Source: Halomicronema hongdechloris C2206 (GTDB lineage Bacteria > Cyanobacteriota > Cyanobacteriia > Phormidesmidales > Phormidesmidaceae). Taken from it: 32,000 nucleotides of DNA. Below are positions 1 to 8,325 of this stretch, one piece after another. The stretch lies in assembly GCF_002075285.3 (NCBI RefSeq), contig NZ_CP021983.2, positions 2,790,001 through 2,822,000 on the forward strand, in the 5' to 3' direction. A model generated the notes under the pieces. The model saw only the letters and a program-made list of their open reading frames with translations, was not told the DNA's origin and did no database searches. A program made the position numbers and the translations under genes. Position 1 is the stretch's first letter. Each line of letters starts with the position of its first letter.

Positions 1-784
1 CAGCGAACCCATGCCCAAGGTCTTCTTCCAAGGCTTCGGCGAAGAATCCCTAGACTTCGAGCTCTGGGTATGGGTGGAATTTTCTCGCCGCTTCGACGTC
101 CAGAGTGCCCTCAACTTCACCATCGAATATCTCCTGCGGCAACAGGGGCTAGAACTGGCCTGCGCCCAGCACGACATCTGGGTGCGCAGTTCCGAAGATC
201 TAATCAAACGCCTGATCGAGCGACAAGAGCGCACCTCAGCCCCCACCGCCACTGCCCCCAAGCCGCCGCCGCATCCCCCCGCCCTACGAGATCTACTGCG
301 GTCAGTCAGCTACTTCGAGCAGTTTAGTGATTTAGAACTGCGTCGCTTGATCGAAATTGGCCACCATCGCCGTCTGCTGCCCAACACCGTCTTGTTTCGA
401 GAAGGCGACAGCGGCGACGCCTTTTATATTGTCCTGGAGGGGCAGGTAGACATCATTGCCGAGACGACCCAAGCCACCTTAGCCTCCTTGGGGGCTGGAC
501 AGTTTTTTGGCGAGGTCGCCCTGCTGCTAGGCATCCCCCGCACCGCCACCGCCAAAACCGTCGAGCCGACCCTGGTATTTGTGATCCATCGCCAGGGATT
601 TTCGCTGCTCTTGCATCAGTATCCACAACTGGCCGATGCTATCCTACAAGCCCTAGAACACCATCAACAAGAACTGGCAGAGCGCCAGCAACAACTGCGG
701 GCCGACGGCATTGACATTGCCGACACCGATGCCAATCCGGTGCTCTGGGCCAGCCGCCGCCTCAAAGAAATTTTTAGCCTCTAG
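1..784 (+). CDS. Mechanosensitive-channel (MscS-type) C-terminal region fused to a cyclic-nucleotide-binding domain; 5' end lies outside the window
   Basis: The ORF is open to the window edge. It has cNMP-binding signatures FREGDSGDAFYIVLEG and FFGEVALLLGIPRTATAKT. The preceding PKVFFQGFGEESLDFELWVWV resembles the MscS C-terminal domain. Confidence 0.75.
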   Translation, partial: SEPMPKVFFQGFGEESLDFELWVWVEFSRRFDVQSALNFTIEYLLRQQGLELACAQHDIWVRSSEDLIKRLIERQERTSAPTATAPKPPPHPPALRDLLRSVSYFEQFSDLELRRLIEIGHHRRLLPNTVLFREGDSGDAFYIVLEGQVDIIAETTQATLASLGAGQFFGEVALLLGIPRTATAKTVEPTLVFVIHRQGFSLLLHQYPQLADAILQALEHHQQELAERQQQLRADGIDIADTDANPVLWASRRLKEIFSL

Positions 785-865
785 CAGCAGAGAGAAAGAC
801 GGACTACTGATATCAAATCCGCTAAGATGACCGACATTACGGTGATTTATAACAACTGCAATGCG

Positions 866-960
866 TCATTCCAGGCAAGCGCAGCGCGACCCGGAATCCA
901 GGTCGAGCACTCCGGACCTAGTCGAGATTTTTGCCCTAGATTCCCGCCTATGCGGGAATC
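866..960. repeat. Two REP-like palindromic units (ATTCC..GGAAT hairpins) in the intergenic region
   Basis: There is an imperfect hairpin attccagg(868-875)/cccggaat(890-897). There is also a perfect 9-bp hairpin gattcccgc(939-947)-ctat-gcgggaatc(952-960). The listed ORF 847..1104 translates these units. Confidence 0.4.
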
Positions 961-1157
961 GTCCATGGCGCTGACGCGCCACACCAAACGATGAAAATCG
1001 TGTCTATTTTCAGAGCAATGACAGATAAACGTTTTCCCAGGTTGATTAACCAGATTTCGTATTAGGCTATCGATACAAATCGCTACAGCATCAGCGATAA
1101 CCACGAGCTAGAAGTCCCTCATGAAGAGAGCGCTAGGGGACTAGGGCAGCGGCAGCA

Positions 1158-1775
1158 TCAACCCGCCAGTCGTTGCCACAACCGAGTGATCTCCGCCAGC
1201 ATGGTTTGAACAATCTGTTGAAAAGCCTGATGCTCGGCGGCATTGGCGGCATCTCGTTCCGCTGCCCGTTGGCGATCGGCCCTGGCATCGGCGAGTAGGG
1301 TATTGAATCGTTGATCGGTTTCGGCCTGTTGGGCTGCCAGTCGCTGCAGCAACTGGTCGGTTTCGGCCTGTCGCTCAGCCTGCTGCTGCTGGGACTCGTC
1401 GATGTGCTGCCCTAGGTTACCGATCATCTCCACCACATCATCAATGGAGGTGCGTAACTGCTGGTCGCCCTGTTCTTGTCGTCGTTGTATGGCGACAATC
1501 TCGTTGCTGTTGGCCTCAATGGTCCTGGCACTGGATTCGACCAGGGCTTCTAGTCTGGTGAGGGCTTGGTGATGGAAGGCCTCATAGGCTTCTTGCCGTT
1601 GTTGTACAGCAGTGATGTCGTTGCTGTTGGCCTCAATGGTCCTGGCGTTGGATTCGACCAGGGCTTCTAGTCTGGTGAGGCTCTGGTGGTGGGAGGCATC
1701 GTTGGCCGCTTGCTGTTCTGCCAGGTTGGCCAAGATGGTTTCAATGCGGTCTAGGCGGTTGTTGCTGTTGGTCAT
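1158..1775 (-). CDS. Coiled-coil hypothetical protein with internal tandem repeats
   Basis: 205-aa ORF rich in Q/A/E/R with a heptad-like composition. It contains a duplicated 39-aa block (HHQ.LTRLEALVES.ARTIEANSN.I..) and a repeated QQAETDQ motif. Confidence 0.7.
   Translation of the reverse strand: MTNSNNRLDRIETILANLAEQQAANDASHHQSLTRLEALVESNARTIEANSNDITAVQQRQEAYEAFHHQALTRLEALVESSARTIEANSNEIVAIQRRQEQGDQQLRTSIDDVVEMIGNLGQHIDESQQQQAERQAETDQLLQRLAAQQAETDQRFNTLLADARADRQRAAERDAANAAEHQAFQQIVQTMLAEITRLWQRLAG
1501..1692. repeat. Intragenic tandem duplication, period 117 bp (39 codons)
   Basis: 1501-1575 and 1618-1692 are near-identical (tcgttgctgttggcctcaatggtcctggc...ctagtctggtgagg). A second short repeat, tcggtttcggcctgt, occurs at 1315-1329 and 1357-1371 (period 42). 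Confidence 0.85.
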
Positions 1776-2106
1776 CGCGGTGGGGGTGCCAATACAGCCT
1801 CATTATCGCCTATGGGCGGGATGGCATCATTATTGGCGTTGCTGAGTGGGTAGGGCGGGCAAATTCATGGCCGCTAATCTCAGCAACGCTCGAGGTTCTG
1901 GGCTTGCCCACCAATTCTTTGAAACGGTGGGCATTGAGTAAATGACGAGTATCATTCAGCAAAGGCAATGCACACCCCCTATAAATCCTCTGATCTGCCG
2001 ACGTAATATTCCGGACAATTTTTTGTGAAAGCGTTGCAACTCGTGACTCTCGTTAGCTGTCAAAAACTGTCTGAGGTGTTGCGACCTAGGTTATGAAGAA
2101 ATCTTT

Positions 2107-2600
2107 TCAAAGGTCCAATATAAATTGTTTGATCCGCTCAAAGGCTGAGTTGTTGAAATCGAAATATCCTTTTAATGCAGCTTCTCCTAATCGTCTGTCA
2201 GGTTTTGATCGTGTAGCTAACCAAGCGTGAATCTTTGCTTTTGATAAAGCACTTGGAAGCTGACTAGTGCAATCATAAACACATTGAAGATATTGATCAA
2301 TACATCTGGCCTCATATTGAGAGATAGATGACAGGCATAAATCCTCTAACATTCCTGGGCCTGAAGAATTCGGCAAAATAAGTATCGAGGTCTTTAGTTC
2401 TCCAGTTCTCCTGGGCCACAGGAACTAAGACTATTGGGGGCAGAGAAACTGTTCTTGCGTAAAGCTTCCCTAACACTTTGGAAAGAAGAATTACATGAAT
2501 CATCTGCGTCTCTAGTAATTCCAATACTAGATAAATCATCAAATCCTGGCCTAACCTTAAGCGATTTCAAATAACTTCTAAGATTATCTTTTCCCCCATA
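2107..2600 (-). pseudogene. 3' portion of a TOPRIM-like gene (DUF3226/DUF4276/RloB/AriB-like), separated from its 5' part by an IS630 insertion and additionally frameshifted
   Basis: The reading frame YGGKDNLRSYLK...IGITRDADDS (DxD motif) continues exactly from the 5' fragment at 3748-3887 once the IS and one TA are removed. A further frame change near 2394-2430 separates it from ...ILPNSSGPGMLEDLCL... (ORF 2107..2376). Confidence 0.6.
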
Positions 2601-3747
2601 TAGCAACCCTAAATGAGTTTAGAATGGGTAGTATATAAATATCATCAAGCTGTCAATACAGTTGTACTCATGAATAGTTTTCAATTAGAACACCAACAAA
2701 AAGTAGATAATCGTGCTATTCTATCAGACTTTATAAGTAGTAATCCTGATTCAAGAGAGCTTAAGCGAGCATTGGCTGTAAAAATGGCATTGGAGGGTGA
2801 GCCATATTTTAAGATTACCAAATTTCTGGGAATAAACAAGTCTTTTATTACATATTGGAAGAACAGATTCGAAGCACAAGGCATTGAAGGTATTAAACTC
2901 GGCTACCAAGGATCAAAAAGTTACCTAACCCCAGATGATCGTACAGAAATTATCTCGTGGCTGAGAACCAGAAACTACTGGAACTTTGATGAATTAGTTT
3001 CATATTTAGATGAACATTATGATGTGATTTACAAGTCTAAGCAAAGCTACTATACACTTTTTTCGGAAGCAGGTATTAGTTGGAAGAAATCTCAAAAAAC
3101 CAACCCGAAATCTGATCCAGCTCTAGTCAAAAAAAAAGAGAAGAAATCCAAGGATTTATCCGTCAAAACCAGTTCAAAATTGAGTCTGGGGAATTGATTG
3201 TACTTTTTTTGGATGAGTGTCATCTCCTTTGGGGTGATGTTTGTGGATATGTCTGGGGCAAGACAGATATGCGAATCGAAATCCCTATTACAAACGAGAG
3301 AATCAGGCAAACATATTATGGCGCATTAAACTATCAAACAAAAGAATTTATTTTGCATCCTTACGAGAAAGGGAATGGAGAGAATACAGTTGCTTTTATG
3401 AAGTACTTGCAGGAACAAAATCCTGGGAAGCAAATCGCATTAATTTGGGATGGCGCTAGTTATCATAAGTCACAAGAGATCAAAGATTTTTTAGCTACAG
3501 TCAATCATGGGAAGGAAGAGACAGAATGGCAATTCAAATGTATTCTATTTGCACCCAATTCACCAGAACAAAATCCAGTGGAAGATGTTTGGTTACAAGC
3601 CAAAAATTCATTGAGAAGATTTTGGAGGTTGTGTCGTTCTTTCCCCGCTGTAAAGTATCTGTTTGAGTTCTTTATAGATCATCAAAAGTTCGATTTTTCT
3701 AAAATAGAAGAATATTCACCTTGTTCATAAATCAACTGGGATTGCTA
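2601..3747 (+). mobile_element. IS630-family insertion sequence (1147 bp), apparently intact
   Basis: Terminal inverted repeats are tagcaaccc (2601-) and gggattgcta (-3747). It is flanked by a TA duplication (2599-2600 and 3748-3749). The interrupted host ORF is restored in frame on excision. Confidence 0.85.
2613..3730 (+). CDS. IS630-family DDE transposase, two overlapping frames joined by a -1 shift at an A9 run
   Basis: OrfA (2613..3197) is an HTH-type N-terminus. OrfB (frame open from 3116, ends 3730) carries LFLDECH ... WDGASYHKS ... APNSPEQNPVEDVW (DDE triad context). The A9 run at 3129-3137 lies in the overlap. A -1 slip gives ..VKKKREEIQGFIRQNQFKIESGELIVLFLDECH. An alternative ATG is at 2670. 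Confidence 0.8.
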
Positions 3748-3887
3748 TATTCCTCTGCTTCAACATCATCAATACTCAGAAATCTTATAAAAGCTTGTAA
3801 AAAATTACGCTCATCAATTCCTTCTCCAATAATGAGCTTTGGTTTGTTTAAATCCTTAATTTGAGATAGAGTGGTATTAGCAACCAT
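3748..3887 (-). pseudogene. 5' portion of the TOPRIM-like gene disrupted by IS630
   Basis: The ATG at 3887-3885 lies 2 nt after the upstream ATPase stop. Translation is MVANTTLSQIKDLNKPKLIIGEGIDERNFLQAFIRFLSIDDVEAEE(Y), containing a TOPRIM-type acidic motif (IIGEGIDE). Confidence 0.6.
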
Positions 3888-3889
3888 TA

Positions 3890-4966
3890 TCAACGCATTT
3901 CAAAATTCATGTCAATGGATGTAGAAATAGTTTCACAATCGTAAGTCTTAGCCTTAAGTGAGCCATCTTTGCGGTCAATTCTATGATAGCTGAAGTCATA
4001 CTCCTCATCATTGCTAAAAGCTCTATGGGCAGCTCGAATACACTCAAGACTATGAGTTGTGGCAAATACTTGAACATTTGAATCTTGCGCTGCTTGTTGA
4101 ATGGCCTTCCATGCATCTTCTAAGACAGAGTAATGTAGACCATTTTCAACTTCATCAATAAGTACTCTGCCATTGGAGGCATCAATTATGGCTAGTAAGA
4201 TTGAGAGTAATCTTGACAGTCCTTCTCCCATAAAGTTAAGAGGAACTAGCTCCCCAATTCCAATGTCTGAAAAGATCATTGGTTGACCGCTTTCTAGCAA
4301 TAGAGTCAGGCGCTTTATTCTAGGTTCCACAAAACGTAGAGAACGTAGAATGAAATCTTGCTTATTTTCTTTTTCAGCCTTGCTAAATCTTTCTGCCTCT
4401 TCAGAGGGTGATCTTGTACGAGAAGATAAAAATATACCTTTCTGAAGGGGTATTCCCCCCGCTCTTTCTATCTCAAGCTCGCCTTTTATGCCTGTGAAAA
4501 GTCTTGATTTATATACTTCCTCTGCAATGGAATATGTCAGTAATATCTCTTTGCCCGCGATATCCTCAGATGTTGTCAAGGCTTGGGGGATGTCTTCTGC
4601 TGAGCCTTTTATATCTAGAATACTTTGATTGAACTTGGAATAGGCTATAGTCAGTCTTCTTTCTTCGCTTTCGGTATATCGTTCAATAATTTCGATCATG
4701 GAATTAATTCTTGCATCTCTGAATAGCCACTTCCAGGGACCTTCTAATAGAGAGCTATTTTGAATTCTAAATTGTTGAATTCCTCTGAAGGCATTGAGTC
4801 TAATGAGTAGTTCTGGATTATTGGGTCCTAAACTCAGAAATAAGGATTCAAGGAGTGTTGTTTTTCCAGTATTATTTTTTCCTCCGATCAAGTTTATCCT
4901 GGACAGTGAATCGAATTTAAGCTCTTGGAAGCATCGAAAATTCCTGATTTGAAAACTAGATAGCAT
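3890..4966 (-). CDS. ABC-type/AAA_15-AAA_21-like ATPase (OLD/AriA/RloA-like partner of the TOPRIM gene)
   Basis: Walker A is GGKNNTGKTTLLESL and Walker B is VLIDEVENGLH, followed by FATTHSLECI. It is the first gene of a tightly coupled two-gene operon. Confidence 0.75.
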   Translation of the reverse strand: MLSSFQIRNFRCFQELKFDSLSRINLIGGKNNTGKTTLLESLFLSLGPNNPELLIRLNAFRGIQQFRIQNSSLLEGPWKWLFRDARINSMIEIIERYTESEERRLTIAYSKFNQSILDIKGSAEDIPQALTTSEDIAGKEILLTYSIAEEVYKSRLFTGIKGELEIERAGGIPLQKGIFLSSRTRSPSEEAERFSKAEKENKQDFILRSLRFVEPRIKRLTLLLESGQPMIFSDIGIGELVPLNFMGEGLSRLLSILLAIIDASNGRVLIDEVENGLHYSVLEDAWKAIQQAAQDSNVQVFATTHSLECIRAAHRAFSNDEEYDFSYHRIDRKDGSLKAKTYDCETISTSIDMNFEMR

Positions 4967-5046
4967 GATTGATTACGGGAAAAATTTAAAGGCTCTTTGG
5001 ACTAAACTATGCTGACTGCATTACTAAAAACCTCGAATCCCTTATG

Positions 5047-5254
5047 TAGCAATACTTGTAGGCCTTAGAAACTCAAACAGAGTCACGAATGCTGCAAAAT
5101 CCTGCACCGTAAAGATTCTAGCGATTTTCGGGGCTGTATTGCATACCCTAGCCGGAAGACCCAATTTAAATCTGTTTTGCCAATTCACAGTGGTAATTAC
5201 CTGTCCCAGAGGAAAGTATGGTAGTGTCTGTCAAATAAACTGGAATTGCTGATA
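5047..5254. mobile_element. Possible IS630-derived relic or MITE (about 0.2 kb)
   Basis: The right end tgtcaaataaactggaattgctgata (about 5229-5254) resembles the IS right end tgttcataaatcaactgggattgcta (3721-3747). The left end tagcaatac (5047-) resembles the IS left terminus tagcaaccc. No transposase ORF lies between them. Confidence 0.3.
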
Positions 5255-6011
5255 AGCCGTACACGCTGAAGATCTAGCTGCTTCACATGTCTTTTGGATA
5301 TCGACTTTATAGATGTTGGAGAATTCCATGATGCCATCACACTCGTCAATTAGGCAGCCAGTATTGGCATTGGTTTATCTTACTGTAGCTGGCAACCAAT
5401 GGGGGTAGCTCACTACCCTGCCGATTCAGCAGGCGTTAGGAGCTATTGATTTTGTGAAGTCTGGTTCGACTCTCTTAGACCCAAACTAGCTAAATGTGTT
5501 TGTAATATACAAGAGGGCTTGCCCTCACCTGGATGGCTAGCTCTTCTCCGAGAATAGAGCAACCGCCACCATGGCAGCCTATTGCGGTATTGCTACCTCC
5601 CTAAATGGACGGGGCACCGGGTTTATGCCGAATCGCGGCAATGGCTAGCAGCGTACTTCTGGGGGTTTGGTCGGGGCGTTCTGGAATACTTCAGCTTGAG
5701 CGGTGAGTTAGCGCCCTAGGGCGATCTACTGCTGGGTTTTGGCTCTGGCTTCATTGGCTTGAGCAATTTTAGTTTGCTCTTCAGCAATATCTCTCTGCCG
5801 CTTGGCGTCTGCTTCTTGGTCTTTAGCTATCTGCTATTGCTGTTTTGCGATCACAGTCTGGCACCGCGCTTTTGCTGCTTCTTCCTGCCCTCGCTGCCGT
5901 CGTTGCGCCTCTGCTGCTCGAGCCGCTTCCGCTTGTGCTAATGCCGTCTCCGCAAGAAGAGTACAGAGCTACTGGATCTACATAAATTCTGAGGCCTTCG
6001 CAGTATGAAAA

Positions 6012-6082
6012 TCCCCCAATCCCTCTTACTCGGGATGTACATGGTGACGATGTACACGGTAAGGAGCTGAGGGATTGGGGGA
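6012..6082 (-). terminator. Long inverted repeat, candidate terminator downstream of the DM13 gene
   Basis: 14-bp perfect arms tcccccaatccctc (6012-6025) and gagggattggggga (6069-6082) with a 43-nt loop. On the minus strand the structure is followed by ATTTTCAT. Confidence 0.4.
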
Positions 6083-6152
6083 GATCTTCGCGATGGGCTT
6101 TCCCAATCGCAACTTGCTACCAGGTCTGAGCACAGGCCGTACTAGCAGCCGA

Positions 6153-6635
6153 CTAGAGGGGAGCGTAGCCGAAGGTGACGTTGAACTGGCGGCACCAGAT
6201 GCCGACGGCTTGATAGTCCTCTAGATCGATATCATCAGGGATCAGATACCGTTGGGTTCCCTCGAAACTCTGCAACGGCGCTAGGGTAACGTAATCCCCT
6301 TCCTCTAGATTGACGGGTACCGTAGAGCCAGTGTAAAGCACCACCTGCACGTCGGGTCCCCGAGCCGTATCGAAGGCGTCGTCAAAGACCAGATACCGCT
6401 GGTCGCCTTCGGTGACGATGCTGGCGGTGCCGGTGGTGGCATGGTCTTGTTCGACAGTGACGAACTCTCCTGCAGTCTGGGCTGCAGCCAGTTGGGTGGG
6501 AGTGGTCAGGGAGGAGGCACTGGCGGTTGGATGGATGAGGGCGTTCATGTCTATGGGTTTGATGCCATTGGCCGCGGTGGTGGCAACGGTGCCTAAGGCC
6601 AGAACTGATAGAGTAGCTAGTGCAAGACGACGCAT
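6153..6635 (-). CDS. Secreted DM13-domain protein
   Basis: N-terminal signal peptide MRRLALATLSVLALGTVATTAA. The C-terminal pattern (GEFVTVEQDHATTGTASIV...YLVFDDAFDTARGPDVQVVL...VGIWCRQFNVTFG) is typical of DM13 domains. Confidence 0.65.
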   Translation of the reverse strand: MRRLALATLSVLALGTVATTAANGIKPIDMNALIHPTASASSLTTPTQLAAAQTAGEFVTVEQDHATTGTASIVTEGDQRYLVFDDAFDTARGPDVQVVLYTGSTVPVNLEEGDYVTLAPLQSFEGTQRYLIPDDIDLEDYQAVGIWCRQFNVTFGYAPL

Positions 6636-6830
6636 GGATAAGTCTCCGTAATGATGTCAATGCTGTGAATTGCCATCGAAACCATCCCTATCCTGGGCGG
6701 CTCGATTGAGGAAAGGTTGATAGCTGTCTGAGAAATTTTGAGCATTGGCTGAAAATTTGATGAAGGATAAGACGATGGCCGTCACACTTTGCCAGGAATT
6801 GCACTATTCCCTAGAGCCTTCCCTTTGAGA

Positions 6831-7451
6831 ATGCCCATGTGCCATCAGCCGTCACCCCCCGCTGTGCGACAGTTCAACGCAGAAATTCAGTTTTTACTCA
6901 AACCCCATAACCCTCACGCCCGTTCGCTGCTGGCGTTCATTCGCAGAAGCCTGAAGCAGTTTCGGTTGGATAGTCACCTGACCGAGATTGATATCTTCAC
7001 GGAGGCTTATTTGCGGGGGATTCAGTACCTACAGCAGGCGGGGAACTCGATCCGCCACCCCAAGGCTTGGATGCGGACCACGGCCTATAACGTGATTCGG
7101 GAGTTGCATCGCAACCAGAATCGCTATGCGGCCTTGGCCTACGATGACTTCATCGAGAATGATCTGGGTCGTCAGGTGGTGGCCCAGGACCAACAGGCAC
7201 AACTGGTGGATGCCCAGGAAATCGATACGGATATTTATGCCGTGTTGCAGGCGTTGGGGGCATTGGCGGCGTGCGATCGCATCTTGATTGACCTGAAGGT
7301 GATCAACGGCCTCAGCTGGCGGGAAATTCGGCAATGGTATGGGCAGTGGTTCGATGACGCCCCGCCCAGTGAAGCTACTCTGCGCAAGCGCGGGCAACGG
7401 GCGCTAGAGCGGCTGCGACAGCAATATCACAGGCTGCGTCCTCATTTGTAG
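6831..7451 (+). CDS. Sigma-70 family (ECF-like) RNA polymerase sigma factor
   Basis: Region-2-like WMRTTAYNVIRELHRNQNRY and region-4 HTH LSWREIRQWYG...ATLRKRGQRALERLRQ. The start is uncertain (TTG 6789, ATG 6831 or 6837). Confidence 0.65.
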   Translation: MPMCHQPSPPAVRQFNAEIQFLLKPHNPHARSLLAFIRRSLKQFRLDSHLTEIDIFTEAYLRGIQYLQQAGNSIRHPKAWMRTTAYNVIRELHRNQNRYAALAYDDFIENDLGRQVVAQDQQAQLVDAQEIDTDIYAVLQALGALAACDRILIDLKVINGLSWREIRQWYGQWFDDAPPSEATLRKRGQRALERLRQQYHRLRPHL

Positions 7452-7495
7452 CAGTGATACCCAGACTCGGTTTAACCGGGTGTTTTCAGAATGCT

Positions 7496-8023
7496 TCAGA
7501 GTCCCAGTGCCGACTGAGTCGCCGGGTCAATTAGGCCGCTGGTGGTGAGGGCATGGGCCTGTTGAAACTGGCTCAGGGCGGCTTGGGTGCGGGGGCCGGG
7601 CACGCCATCCAGGGGACCGGGGTCAAAGCCGTGGGATTTGAGCTGTTGTTGAATCTGGCGGGTACCGCTGTTGAGGCTCTCTTGGATCTCTTGAATCAAC
7701 TCGCAGGACTCGTCGTTGCTGGCGTCCTCGGTTAGTAGTTCCCGCAGGCGGGCCTTTAAGTTCTCGTTGATGAAGGCATAGACGCGGGTCTCGCTGCTAA
7801 GACCCAGGGCATGGTCTAAGAAATGGTCGGCTTCATGAATCCAGAAATCTAGGTGGCCATCGGTCTCGGCCATGGTCAGCAGTTCCCCCAGACGATTGGC
7901 ATCGGCCTCAGACAGATGCGATCGCACCGCCAGGGCACAATATTCATGGATTCGGGCCAGGTACTGGCTATCTAGAAGAGCCCTAAGGTCAGCGTTCACA
8001 GCGATGTGATTGGACGTAGGCAT
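7496..8023 (-). CDS. Peptidoglycan-binding (PG_binding_1) domain protein
   Basis: The C-terminal QQQLKSHGFDPGPLDGVPGPRTQAALSQFQQAHALTTSGLIDPATQSALGL matches the PG-binding repeat. The likely start is MPTSNH (8023) rather than 8104. Confidence 0.6.
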   Translation of the reverse strand: MPTSNHIAVNADLRALLDSQYLARIHEYCALAVRSHLSEADANRLGELLTMAETDGHLDFWIHEADHFLDHALGLSSETRVYAFINENLKARLRELLTEDASNDESCELIQEIQESLNSGTRQIQQQLKSHGFDPGPLDGVPGPRTQAALSQFQQAHALTTSGLIDPATQSALGL

Positions 8024-8325
8024 GGTGTTACACAATCTGAGTAATACGGTTCCCGAACAGAGATAGCGTAGGCCAGTCAGCGGCGGACAGAGCCCGTCGG
8101 TCAACCGCCGAGTCTTAGCAGGGCGACGGACCCCCTCCTGTGAGCGACTACCTAGGACTCTGCGGCAGAAATAACGCCTCTATTGACTAGAGTGGAAAGG
8201 CTGCATTGATTCAGGATCTCCCTTTCTGCCTTCCACCTTCCTACTTCTGCCTTGGCAACCTAGGCGCTGGCTGCAGTACGCTATCCCAGGGGATAGTGCA
8301 GAAACGGCGAGGCCTGTGACAGGGG

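Noticed and set aside
847-1104. 85-aa minus-strand ORF in the gap after the channel gene
   Set aside because: Its sequence is the translation of the palindromic REP-like units. It has no SD or plausible start context and a low-complexity composition.
2312-3459. Small ORFs overlapping the IS630 element and the TOPRIM fragment (2312..2542, 2681..2884, 3092..3310, 3241..3459), and 3907..4116 inside the ATPase
   Set aside because: They are off-frame or antisense to well-supported coding sequence and have no motifs.
2031-5100. Possible inverted repeat flanking the AT-rich patch (ttgcaactcgtgactctcgtt at 2034-2054 versus the reverse complement of 5075-5098)
   Set aside because: Only a 10-nt exact core (tcgtgactct) with patchy extension was found. 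Matches of this length are expected by chance many times in 32 kb.
5455-5480. tRNA T-loop-like string ggttcgactc, possibly a tRNA fragment or att site at the island edge
   Set aside because: The flanking bases cannot form a T-stem or acceptor stem. No cloverleaf could be built.
5726-6008. Plus-strand ORFs 5759..5941 and 5802..6008, and a minus-strand Q/A/E/R-rich coiled-coil-like reading frame
   Set aside because: The plus ORFs are Cys/Ser/Leu-rich and implausible. The minus frame looks like the 1158-1775 protein family, but it is bounded by a stop at 5969-5971, has an in-frame TAG at 5834-5836 and has no start codon. It is at best a decayed remnant and cannot be supported as a gene.
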